A stretch of 63,619 nucleotides of DNA, counting the filler, from Choristocarpus tenellus KU-1152 (lineage: Eukaryota; Protista; Phaeophyceae): NCBI GenBank assembly GCA_964200185.2. It is 7 parts of 7 records of this genome, joined end to end, with 100 filler letters (N's around TTAATTAATTAA, not from the genome) between each part and the next. Parts side by side here need not be neighbours in the genome. Positions count along the whole stretch, not along the records: positions 30,335 to 39,400 come from CAXNAD020004029.1; positions 39,501 to 47,823 come from CAXNAD020004857.1; positions 47,924 to 61,018 come from CAXNAD020001587.1; 4 more parts are not named here. One strand, 5' to 3'. The notes beneath the pieces are model-generated. The model was given only the letters and a program-made list of their open reading frames with translations. It searched no databases and was not told the DNA's origin. The translations under genes and the position numbers were made by a program. Positions 38,501 to 50,557 of the stretch are shown here, piece by piece (the first letter of the stretch is position 1; each line of letters opens with the position of its first letter).

Positions 38501-39373
38501 CACACTAACATCTACAGCTATAATTCGAAGAATTTATCCTATTTTTTTTTCTACAAATAATACTGTGCTATAATTTTGACTTTTTTTGGATACGATCGAC
38601 GTAGATGCTGGAAATTGTACTGTTAGACCACAGTAAAAACAAGGACTACGAAGTTCTATTATTTGTATTACAGAAGTGGATGTTTGTAAGGATTGACTTT
38701 TCATTGTTTTTTCCCCATATACATCTGGAAAATGTCTGAGGGCATAATAGGGACGAGTTGGCTCCATGAAAGACCTAGGGTGTGGAAATGGTTATTCGGT
38801 CACATCCTTATCAAATCCCACACGATTACATAGTGCAATGGTTCGTTGCATTAGTTAGTGTGTGAAGTATGTAGTGCCTTGACCACGGGTGAGGATAGTT
38901 CCTAACGTGGAATCAATAATAATGAATAAAGATCATACAGCTCCATCACACTATCCCCCTTCACTACAGCTCTTTGTCGTGTCACCTTCTCACCCTATAT
39001 ATTGTAATGCCAATTTCACCCTTTTTAAACGAGGAAAACTTTCAACCCTCCAAAAAAATTGAGTTCGCTCTTATTCTTCCATTATTTTTTGTATGGAAGA
39101 AAGGGTCAAGCAGTATCAGAGGCGATCTTGACTCTTCTAGAATCCCAGCTGAAGAATGGATAAAGTGCACCACTTAACTTGCAGCAAACCCAAGCAGGTC
39201 TTATAGTGCATGTTGATATTACAGGTAATAATGGAGAAGGACTACGTTTATATGTACGTGGTATTTTGGGCTAATTCATTTTATTATATTACTAAGTTGT
39301 GTGTTGGGAACAGGATCTGACCAAGGATACACCTTAGTGGTACGGATGGTAGTAACTGCATGTGGTAGGGTAG

Positions 39374-39520
39374 GACCCAAAGTATCTGGGAGGGGGGGGG
39401 NNNNNNNNNNNNNNNNNNNNNNNNNNNNNNNNNNNNNNNNNNNNTTAATTAATTAANNNNNNNNNNNNNNNNNNNNNNNNNNNNNNNNNNNNNNNNNNNN
39501 CCCCCCAGATACTTTGAGCC
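39374..39520. mobile_element. MITE family B spanning a contig spacer
   Basis: Left TIR GACCCAAAGTATCTGGGAGGG before the spacer and right TIR CCCCCCAGATACTTTGAGCC after it. Confidence 0.75.
39401..39500. other. Artificial contig spacer
   Basis: N44-TTAATTAATTAA-N44. Confidence 0.97.
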
Positions 39521-39723
39521 GTTTGTAGATATCGTTAGGCATATACCAGTGGATATTGAGGTCGTCGTGCGATTTAGAAAGTTCTCTCTGCATTAATTGA
39601 GCCATTTAAATTACGGAAAACCATTTTATTGAAGCATACCCACTTCAAGGCATTTCAGACTTGATGTTTCGACACCTGCTTTCAAGGGGGCATGCTTCAA
39701 TAATGCACAACTGCTAAAAAATG

Positions 39724-40788
39724 CAGGGCTTTTCACTGGGCTATGAAGTTAAAAACGTCCTGTCCAGCAGCCGAACCGGTCCCACAGTTGTTCAACATGT
39801 TCCAGCCCATGTCCACCAGGTATTGAACTGGTCCATGTCCGCCAGCTGGACCAGGCCAAACATTCTTTGACATGTCCGGATCTTTTCCACACGATATTTT
39901 ACCGGTCCATGTCCACCGGTCGGTCAGTCTATAATTGTTTCCTTGAATGACTGGACCATGGCCCTTGAGTTCAATTTTTTTTCTGTCTGGGCCATGTCCA
40001 CTACGTGTTATATAAATATGAACGTGAGACATTCACGTCAGGGCTTTTCTCCAGGCCGGCATATTTAAAATATCCCTTCCACTGGCCGGACCAGTCCCAC
40101 AATTATTTAACATATGTCCCAAGACATGTCCACTAAGTATTGAACCGGTCCATGTCCATGTCCGGACCGGTCCCACATTTCTTTGACATGTCCTGGTCCA
40201 CGTCCACAGGGTATTGTACTGGTCCATGTCCACTGGCTGGTCAGTCTAACTTTTTTCCATCTCCAGACCATGGTCTTCCATGAGTTCAATTTGTTTCTGG
40301 CATCTGGAGACCATGTCTATTAAGTTTTATAAAAGGGAGAATATGAGACTTGCACACACACATGGCTCACAAATCACTTCAGATACCACAAATGTATTCG
40401 CAATATTTTTACAATTTTATTATTCTAAATTATCAACGTAAAAATAATATAGAAACATCACTATATAATATATTTAGTACTTCAAGTAGCAGAAATTTGA
40501 AATTTAGGACACAATAGTCAAGAAGAGTGACAAAATATAAAATAGAAGGCATGACTATGATACAGCCGCCTGACTGTAAAAAAATATTGCCAATTTCGAA
40601 CATGGCAGAGTCTATGGCCATCACTTACTCAACATAACCAGGACCGCGACAGGCCATATATATCCAAGTTCGATCATGACCGAGTCCATGATCATTGACC
40701 ACTTCAACATGGTCGGGTCACGGACCCGACCACGGCCATATGGCCGACAGTGGACATGCTAACTGCCCGATCCAGATGAAAAACCCTG
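39724..40788. mobile_element. Non-autonomous hAT-type DNA transposon with a duplicated left end
   Basis: TIR CAGGGCTTTTCA / TGAAAAACCCTG; 8-bp flanks AAAAAATG and AAAAAGTG (7/8 match); many subterminal GGTCCATGTCC motifs; a second CAGGGCTTTTC at 40039. Confidence 0.8.
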
Positions 40789-42086
40789 AAAAAGTGTAGA
40801 TGGAGGCATGGGACAAAGTCGATTTGGCATCAACATGCGTTGAAATAATTTGGAACAAGTGGGAAATTTCTTCCACATAATATTATATGCGTATGAGTGT
40901 ATCTGGAGTAATGTCTTAGATACAAATATTTTTCTTCTCCAGAAGGAATGCTTGTATGGGATGATGGCGATGGATTCCTTGCGAAAAATGGGGCAATGTG
41001 AAGCTATGTGAGGAGAGATAATATGACCAATAAATGAAGTACGCCCATCCGACTCATTTCTCAGCATGAAATGTGGGAGGAGTTATTCGTGTTGAAAAAT
41101 TATTGGTGGACTTAAGTTTCATTATTATAGTATGATTACGAACGGGAAACCTAAACCATAGTAGTAGTGAAGTACTGCTTCGTAGGGACTGAGTATATAC
41201 TTTTCACAAGTAGTGAGGAGGAGAGTAAATGAAGTACAATCGTCTTCCCTTCATAATATATATCAAATTTTGTGTTCCGAATGGTAATAAAGTGGGCCAC
41301 CTATTGTTCTACCTACCGCCCATTTCCTTTAACTTCTCTCCTACCTCTTCTAAGGATAATGTTCCTGATACACTGTAGAAACCACTGGAGGAGTGGATTA
41401 GGAACAGTATAGCTTCTTATGTGTTTCCATATATTTCAATTTAGCTCTACTTCCAGTTCATGTACTGCAGGGGCCTGAGAATAGGTTATCCGTTCATGTA
41501 TCACGTTGGTACTTGTGATCCAGTGATAGTATTCTTTTCTGGTGATCGATGCGGACGTTGTAAATCCCACGTGATAGTCTACACCTGTCTCTACCCATGA
41601 GTTCAGTCAATGGAGCTGAGACCATAAGCCCCTTGTAACACTAACATCATATATTCACACCAACCCACATTTTCCTCTACCAAGGTGTACGATTGGTCAT
41701 CTTAACCGCGGGTCCAGTGCGGAATACTTCAATACCTACTGTACCATTATATTCTTTCTGAGCGTAGAATAATGAAACAAGACAGACGTACATTACCAGG
41801 ACCTACCTGGCCTCGTTCTTGTGCCTTTCAATCCCTATAACTCGTTGTATGCTATGAACCAACTGAGGTAGTGTGAGGATAATGGTTGATGCATATATTT
41901 TACCAAGTACATGAATTATGGACCCAAGAAGAGAGACCTGCCAGCTGTAACTAGTCAAAGTTATCGCCTCTCTGACATTTTGTAGATGTGTCAGAGGAAA
42001 AATCAACAATAACTATTCACATGTCAGAATAAACCCTAAAAAAATAACAACAGTTATCAAAAATGTGAAAAACATTGATCTATTCG

Positions 42087-42320
42087 CTATTTTACTACCA
42101 GTTGTGCTACACCGTTCCCTTCTTGTGCCTCTAAAGTGTATCTACTTGTCTTGCTGATTGTGTGTCTCAGATACTTATTGCCGTATGCCATATACCGTTT
42201 TGCCGATTGAGGTTCCTTGTCAAGAATCCCTGATTCCAGGGGAGGATCTTCCGTGAGAATGAATCCATGGAATCTCTTCAAGAGATCAGTTCCACAGATA
42301 GATACGGGACTACTCTTCAT
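42087..42320 (-). mobile_element. Possible retroviral-type integrase remnant
   Basis: TSRYTLEAQEGNGVAQ resembles the copia integrase T..YTP..NGVAER motif; otherwise decayed. Confidence 0.35.
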
Positions 42321-42649
42321 TCAGGGTTGTGAAACATGAAAGATTCACTTCGTTCCGATGTCTTGACATTTCTGATGATCCTCTCTCACAAGATAGTCAG
42401 TCTGCCTGTCCCCACAGTTTTCTACAATCTTGCGCTCGTCCAACCTTAACCTCGTCCTCTCGGTTATGATTCGTCTTGGTCCGTCTTGCCCGGTGATTCT
42501 CTTCTTCACCCTTGGCTGAGTGAACAACACCGCCACATAATCACACGATTCATATACGGCGTATTTTGTATGTGCACGTGCATGACAGTCAGGACTGTGA
42601 CAGTGCATGTCAATATGGTTCCCCCCCCTCCCTAGAAGTGTCCAGAGGA

Positions 42650-44029
42650 GGGTAATACACGTAATAGCGAACTAATTGAACCGAGTTTGCATTTTTAAAA
42701 CCCAGTTCGAAATTTCCTTGTTTTTGTGAGACAGAACGGAAAATGATAATAAAAAATGTATATTGCAGTTTATTTTTTGCTGGCGAGGTATTTAAATGAG
42801 GTTTCATCTCATGCAACGTCGTTCACACGTGCGCGGTCTGCTGGTGTTTAAGGTGTGTCGTAACCACCTGACTCAGGTGGCTTAGTGACGATGATGGTGC
42901 CTGTTGTTGTGAGCTTTTGCAAAAGATATTATAAAAAAATAAAAATATATATATACTATATAGAAATAAATTATTTTTATTTGGCGTTACCACGAATGTT
43001 TACTCACCCTTTTTGTGGCAATTGGTGGCTAAAGAGGTGTTTGTCTTCAGAAGATATCTATGGTGGAGTGAGGGGGGTGGGTGGGGTTGTTCGATGGAGT
43101 GTTGAATATTCATCTAATTCTGGGACGTTCAGAAAACGTCTTTAAAGAAAGCATATTCAGGGAGGGAAATCTAAGAGTGTTCGAAATACAGAAGTCAACA
43201 AAAATTGCCATCCAATTCCCCATTGTACCGTATGTAGGTTTTGTATTGAATTGAGAGCGTTTTTCTTGTTAACGACGATGTGATTATTACGAGATTGTTG
43301 GAAAAATTCCATACAAAGAATCTCAGTATGATCTTTACCCAAGAAGACCTATTATGAAAAAGGTCACGTTTCACTCTTGAAAGAACTTCGTCCACAAAAT
43401 TCTCCGTTACATCACATTTCCAACATGGCAACTTTTTTTTTTATCATTCAGCATCTTTAAATTGCTTCAAAATGTGGACATAGCGAATGTTCGTAAGTTC
43501 GTATGACTTTCTGTTAGAATAAGCACACCATCACAACAGGCTGGTCTCATCATTCATTACGTCTAACAAGACAGTCATATCATCGATTGTTTGCCCTCCT
43601 TACCGTTATTGTTGTTCCTGTGTTGGTAGTAGCAGTAGTAAATCGTACAAACATAAATTATAATAGTACTACTACAATGGTAAGCACCATCGACCGTACA
43701 GAAAACACAAATTATCGCAATACATTCATATTAACCCACTTCAACACCAAGCGTCATCATTGTCACTATCATGAATGTGAGTAATATATTCAGGGATACG
43801 ACACGCCTAAAATGCCAAGAGATGGCGCGCACGCACATGCGCTGCGCGACACTACAATTTCAACAACCTCGCGACAAATTACAGTAATACGTATGCACAA
43901 AAAAATCTGTTTCCGTTCTGTCTCGCAAAACACATCGATCGGCAAAAAAAAATCCGTTTCAAGGAAATTCGAACTGGGTTTCAATAGTTCAAATTGGGTT
44001 CGTCAAGTCCACTATTACGTATATTAGCC
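42650..44029. mobile_element. ~1.4-kb DNA transposon with long imperfect TIRs (possibly Merlin/IS1595-like)
   Basis: 42650-~42745 (GGGTAATACACGTAATAG...AAACCCAGTTCGAAATTTCCTTG...GAGACAGAACGGAAA) is the reverse complement, with an indel, of ~43905-44029. The interior has broken Cys-containing coding remnants on the minus strand. No TSD seen. Confidence 0.7.
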
Positions 44030-47000
44030 ACATCAAAACTAATACTACAATGAAGAACTAAGAATTATGGTGTGGGCAAAATCATACAGTGAAGACACAA
44101 GAGGGTTTGTGAACCCGCCTCTTCAAGGAGGCACAAGAAGGCAAGAATGATTCATCATTGATAATTGGAGCTTCTTGGGACCTCAATTCTTATCATTATC
44201 TGTGTAGTAGAATTTTTGTTACAATGGTGGCTGCTTGTCGCCCCTTCCACGTTTAATGACATTGCCAAGGATGGGCGACGCAAGAAATACGAGCAAAAAC
44301 ATTCCCCCTCCCACGTCCACCCTCAACCCCATGTGAGCGAACCAAAACATCAATCTTTTTCTTGATGTTGCCATTATTTTTTCTGCCTTTATCTCAACCC
44401 TGCATACTTATTTTTTCTTGTCTTCTCGTCTTGATTTTGATTGTCACGAACTACTGGACCTCTGATCCACAATTATAGCAAAAACACACAAAAAGTACAC
44501 CATCAATGGTCACTACTACACGTACACTACACAAGGCAGCAGCAAAAAAAGAAGAGAGAAAAGAATTAAAAAAATATAGATTGAAAAAAAAATTGCAAGC
44601 AAGCAGAAGGACCTATAATAGCATGGCAGAAAGACGACATATACTTTCATTCCCACAACGAAAACAAAAAACACAAAAAACACAACATAATAATGAGCTG
44701 TGTCAATACAGAACCCGAGGCAGTAGTGACAAGAAAAATGAAAAATTCGTTGGGCACTCGGCCTTGTCATCCAGCAGACATATGAGAACACTACTGTGGT
44801 TGTACTGCACCAGACAGGCGGGAGCTGGGCAGAGAGTGCAGAGTGCACAGTAGCAGGCAAACAAGGGCACACATTCGACCTCCAGCACTGCATTTGCTTC
44901 TCTTTGCCTGCCTTTGCCACTATCCACTCCATACAGCTTTAAACTATCCCCATCCCCTCAACACCAGGAGCTGTACAGAGCAACACCAATGCAGGAGATC
45001 GCATTTAGGGATGTGGTGGGCACACACCATCATACAATTCCCACAACAAACTTTAGGCATTTCTGCTGCTAACACCTCTAGAGTGGTACAGCTGCCAAGA
45101 AGGTATAGTTTTGCCCAACACCTGCACTGGGCTTTCAGGAAGATCTTGATCAGGTGGTCCCATGATCGTGACCAGAGGGCGAGATGCTCAGCGCCCATCA
45201 AAATGAACCACATACTTTGCCAAGTAAAGAGACAAAAGCTTACAAAGAGAGCAGGGACCACCAAGAGCCGACAGAGTGACAGCAGAGCCCCCATTCAAAC
45301 TGCCAATAACTGTGGCTGCCTTCTCTGAACACCATTGCCAAAAAAATATAATGCTCAATCACAGCAAAGTCCCCTTGACTTTGCTCTTCCACCCCCCTCT
45401 CCCACCATTTCCCACACACACCAACACATACCCTACTCCAACAATCCTGTCACAAAAACCATCGCAATCTCACAATGAAGAGACACAAAAGTTCATGTGC
45501 ACATTTGGGGTGAAGTTACATCCTTAATCAACATCCATCTCAACCTTTCTCCCTTACTACATCAAATGGCCAGCCCAACCCAGCCCAGTCACACAAGCTC
45601 GATAACCCTCCAGGTTGTTGACCAACCTTCCCAAAACCCATCTCCATTTCCCAGACTGTATAATGCTTATATAGGAATATGAAACTGAAAACTCTCTTCT
45701 TTCTCCTCAAAGCAACTTTATACCCTCACTGCCCTTCATCCACAACTACAACCAGGGGTCTCTTCTGGGGGCTGGCAGCAGAACCAGTACAAAGAACGAA
45801 ATATTATGCATGCCAAACAAAGCCGCTCCAAAAACCTATCCCCTCACTTCTCCACCATACCTGCTGATGCATTTACCTGCATCTCCTATGCCTAACCATG
45901 GGCAACCCCACCCTCCAAGCAGGTAGTGATAACTAATTCATTCCTAGCGAAACTCCTCTATCTTCTTAGCATCGCATTCAGTCCAACCAATCCCTATCTC
46001 CCCTTCCCCATTCATCTCCTCCAGGTATCTCCTCCTCCCACCTGGTAAGCACTTCCTCTGGGCTCCCCCTGAGAGAGAGCACCAAGGCCCTGCCATTAAT
46101 GACAACGGTAAACTCTGGGCAGCAGATGCATCACCACTAGAGCAATCACGCATGCTTTGCCACTGCTTCATACTGTTCAAGAAATTACCTGTACAAGAGG
46201 AAAGTCAATCCCCATAGCAAATAGCAAGTGCCAGTGAGATACACCCTCCAAGCACATAACTTTGCTCCTCATTCTTTAATGTCCAAACCTCATTTCCCCA
46301 GCCTCAGAGGGGCAAGAGAACACCTGTCCACCAAAAAAGTACCTATCATACTTTCAACCACCAAGGATGAAAGAAACACATCTCCAGAGATAAACACATC
46401 TCCAAAGATACTACCCTAACAGCACTTCCCCTACCAACCCTTACCTACCCCCATCCCCACCTCCACAAAAAAGGCCCCCCCTCCCACCCCCTTCCCTCTC
46501 CACCTATTCCTGGAGTTCAATCCCTGGTGGTGGGAGCAATCCAAGTCAAGGTTGGGAAGAGAAGCAGGAGTGGTATATATCCGGATCTTGAGGGAAAAGA
46601 GCGGGGTGGAAGGAGAGCAGGGGGAAAAATAGAGGGAGAACAATGCATAGCAGCTTGGGGTGGGGGTTGAGGGAGGATGCTGTAGTGGCAGCGGTGGAAA
46701 TAGCAAAACTGTCTTGGACAGGCAACAAAGGAGCTTGATGAGCAACTAAGTAGAGTGAGAACACCAGAAAAAAAGGGGAGGAAGAGGGGGGGGAGGGGAG
46801 ACGGGGCAGTAGCATGCCTTGCCCTCCATTTCTTTCTCTCGACACTAGAAGCACCCATCATGAAGTTGCCCCTGGTGCTAAACCCTTTCAAACCTTCTAA
46901 CTCTCACTCCCCTGCTCAAAAAGTGACCCAGAAACATGGAGGACATATCCTGACCACCCTCCCCCCACCCCCCCCCCCCCCCACCCAAACCCACACCCCC

Positions 47001-47056
47001 ACAGCACCCCCCCCCCCCCCCCCCTTCCCCACCCATCACTGCTCTACAAAGACGCC

Positions 47057-47759
47057 TCATGCCCAAATTTTGAGGAGTGTATCCCAAGATCCGGTACAGA
47101 GCGCCTCTCCCTTGGGATTGACTCCCAGACACGACACTCGGTTCTGAAAGAGGTGGGTGATGAAGGGGAAAGGCAAATGTATGAGGGAAGCAAATCCAAC
47201 ATAAACAGCAAGGTTATGGATGAATATTATCAGGGAGAGGGGGAGATGGGGGAGAAGAAGGATGTGAACCACAGAATGCAGGGAGGAGGTGGATACATAG
47301 TAAAAGGGCCTGCTGTAGAAAGTTGGGGTGGGTGTACAGATGGGATCTGGGAACGAACACAGGGCAAGACACCCTTGACATACAACCGGGAGTGTGCTTA
47401 TGCTACATCAGAATGTTTGTCCCTAATCATTCTCATGGCAAAAACTATGTCTAGAGTGGTTACTAATGTTGTTAAAATAGAATTAATCCAATACAAGAAA
47501 GAAGGTTGCAAGGTCTAGTCAGTGTAGTGTGTTGGGGTGCGTGGAGTAAGGATGAGTAACCTCCTGCCATCCACATCCATCAAAACCTGTTGAACAATGC
47601 ACCCTCTGCAAGACTCCTCACCTCGTGCCCGGCAAGTTGGTATGTGGGTATCCCAGTATCGTTGGTCACATCCCACACGTAGCAATTGTAATCATCATAG
47701 CCGGCAAAGAGGAGGCGCCCACTGCGCGAGAATGCTACTGAGGTGATACCACAGAGGAT
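47057..47759 (-). CDS. GNB: Heterotrimeric G-protein beta subunit, last two exons
   Basis: 47759-47622 [30 protein letters not shown]...LAGHE and 47143-47057 [28 protein letters not shown], the canonical G-beta WD6-WD7 and C-terminus. Confidence 0.96.
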
Positions 47760-47823
47760 CTAAAATTTTAGAGGGGGGGTGGGGTGGGGGGAGAGGATAT
47801 GAGAGAACAACTTCACAAGGTGG

Positions 47824-47923
47824 NNNNNNNNNNNNNNNNNNNNNNNNNNNNNNNNNNNNNNNNNNNNTTAATTAATTAANNNNNNNNNNNNNNNNNNNNN
47901 NNNNNNNNNNNNNNNNNNNNNNN
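47824..47923. other. Artificial contig spacer
   Basis: N44-TTAATTAATTAA-N44. Confidence 0.97.
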
Positions 47924-47925
47924 GC

Positions 47926-50518
47926 AGCACCTTGCCGAACCAACCCCTCTTACCACCTCCAGGTCCCACCCCCCACCTTCCATCCCCACCAGCTTCTCTC
48001 CCTGGGCCTACCCACCATGGGCAGTTCTACCATGGTCAAGGTACGCTGAAAAAAAAATGAAGTCTTTACCTTTAATCCAGGCACCTTAAAATCCAATGAA
48101 ACCTCCCGCGAACCTGGGATACCCCACAAGCAATATTCCTGGTCATGATTTCGACAATTCACAAAGGTGTGTAAAATGGCGTTAAGGATCATGCTTTGAC
48201 TAACTGGCAATACGGAAACTGTCGATCTTTGTCCGCTTTTCTATGTACAGAGTGGTTTGGGGGATACCAAACGCCGATATCTGGCCAGCAGGGTCAGCCT
48301 ATCCAGCTGGTGCCACCACCTGTGCCTCGTGGTCAACCATTGCTGCCTGATCCAGTGCCAGACCAGGTTGCTAGTGTACCAGCCCCAATGCATTGGCAAC
48401 AGGTTCCAAATGAGGTTATGTCTTACCCTGATCCTTCTCATGGTCAGCAATATCAGATGCAAAGTCATCCTCAAGAGCAGGCTTATATGCAGGGTTTGGA
48501 GCAGACACAGAGCCTGGGGCAAGGTATGCCACATGGCATGATGGGGTTTGTACCTACGCAGTCACAGCAACTGGAAAAACCCAAAAAGAGGGTGCCAGAT
48601 TGGCTTTCACAAACACTGAAGGCGCAAGGGGCAATGGCAGAGAAGCAGAAAAAGAAGGCTGGTGTTTCATTGTCAACCACTATAGGCCCATCCCCATCAT
48701 CTACTGTTTCTGGAGGTATCAGTGGATACAACCTGGTCCACTCGCCGTCACCATCACCACCAAGCTCACCCATAGGCCAAGAGCTAGAGAGTCAAGACTC
48801 AACGGCAATAGGGCCAGGGGTCATGTCACTGAAGAAAGGACCTAGCTGGCGCAGTACTGAAGACAGTGACTCTGACGACCAGGATATCAGGACGAAGCAA
48901 CTTGAATCTGCTACAGTACCAGAAGGCGTTCGTGATGGGAATCAGGTTTCCTCTGGTGAAAATGGTGCAGGAGGGAGGGAAGAAGAAGAACACAACCTCA
49001 GAGAAGTAGTGCAACCGGTAATGGATGTACAGTCTCAAGCTGTTTTTGATCGTGAGGTGCGACGGGAACTTACAGGAGCCCTCAAAGACGTAACAGCAGC
49101 AATGATCCATGAGGTGGCATCTTTGGTGTTGCAAGAAGTGATGACTGCAGACCCCATTCAGGACAGGCAAAAGAAAAAAGCTACTAGAAAACAGAAGGAA
49201 GCCATTGGGGCACTTATAGGAGGGTATGGATCAGAGTCAGAATCGGCCAGTGGGAAAGACTCTGGTTCACAAAGTGATGACTCCGCCAAAAGTGGTTTGT
49301 CGCCAGCTCCAGCAGCTACGACTGAAGAGCCAGCACATCAGCGAGGAAAAAACAATTCTGAGGAGCAGTCAACTGATGGAAACTCTTTGATGGCTGCACA
49401 GATTGAGACCCCATACATGCTTGGTGGCAAGTGGCCTCTTCCCACATGGGCAGATCGACCACAGTCGAAGATTTTGCCCTCTACAGCAAATATTCAAGTG
49501 GAGACACTTGGACCTGATCTCAAGATCATCAGAAGCTATAAATTAGTCCACACCTGTACACTACTGGGCCGGTCTGAAGACCAGTGTGAATTTGTTATTG
49601 AAGACTCCTCGGCCTCCCGCTGCCATGCTGCTCTCCTGTACGTATTCTTTTTGATTGTGTGTGCAGACTGTTGCTTTGTTCAAGTTATTTTTTTTTGTTG
49701 AAGAGTGCTTTTCATTATCTTACGTTTCTCTTTGCCCCATGCCTGTTCTTGACAGAGTGGACAATTCTGAGGGGGTCCATGTGGTGGACCTCTATTCCCA
49801 AAATGGCACTGCAGTTGATGGGGTTACGGTTCGACCTGGTGTGCTCAAGCCAATTTTGTCTGGGACTGTGCTGAGCCTTGGGACCCGAAACCAATCCTTT
49901 CGTGTAGTAGGGTGTCGTCGCAGTGAGAGCACAAATGAAGAAAGTGAGAATGGTGTACGGCAAGACTTGGTGAAGCTTGCAGCAGTGATTGCAGCCCGAA
50001 TAAATTCAACAGAGCAAAGAGAAGAGCCTCAGTCACAAGAGCAACAACCTGAGGTGCCTGCTGAAAAGGGGGATCTGTCTGAGAAAAGGGTCAACAAGGA
50101 GAACACCAAAAGTCGGAGTAGGAGTATTAGTGGAAACCGAAGTCACAGGAGGCAAAGCAGGAGCCGTAGGAGTAGGAGCAGGAGCAGAAGCAGAGGACGC
50201 AGGAGCAGGAGCAGAAGCCGGAGCAGGAGCAGCAGTAGTCAAAGCAGGAGCAGGAGCAGAGGTCACAGGAGTCGAAGTAGGAGCAGGAAACGAAATCGGA
50301 GTAGGAGCAGGAACAGAAATCGGAGTAGGAGCAGGAGTACCCGTAGACCTCACAGCAGGCGTTCAAGCAAGGATAGGAGAGGATTCAAAAATGGGGACAA
50401 GAGGGAGGGGAAACGTCTAGGAAAGCAAAGAGATTACCGCTATAGCAGGTCGAAGTCACCAAAGAGATCACGTGACAATGGAAAAGGTGTTGGGAGGGAG
50501 AGGAGGGACAGGAGGTGA
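47926..50518 (+). CDS. Pro/Gln-rich, PNISR-like, FHA-domain, RS-domain protein (putative splicing factor), 5'-partial
   Basis: Phase-consistent exons 47926-48040, 48251-49637 and 49756-50518. FHA motifs LLGRSEDQCEFVIEDSSASRCHAALL and VVDLYSQNGTAVDG; C-terminal (RS)n tract; PNISR-like KRVPDWL and ELTGALKDVT...GGYGSESE. Confidence 0.85.
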
Positions 50519-50557
50519 TGTAATTTTTAAAAGGTTCTTTTATTATATTTTATGCCT

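Noticed and set aside
40711-40762. Helitron 3' hairpin plus CTRR end
   Set aside because: Better explained as subterminal structure within the hAT-type element ending at 40788.
44506-47050. Overlapping 100-160-aa ORFs downstream of the G-beta stop
   Set aside because: Low-complexity or purine/pyrimidine-biased sequence with no motifs or consistent splice structure.
50033-50420. Pro/Ala-rich, Cys/Ser-rich and Gly/Ala-rich ORFs in other frames
   Set aside because: Shadow frames of the AGCAGG-repeat RS-coding tract.
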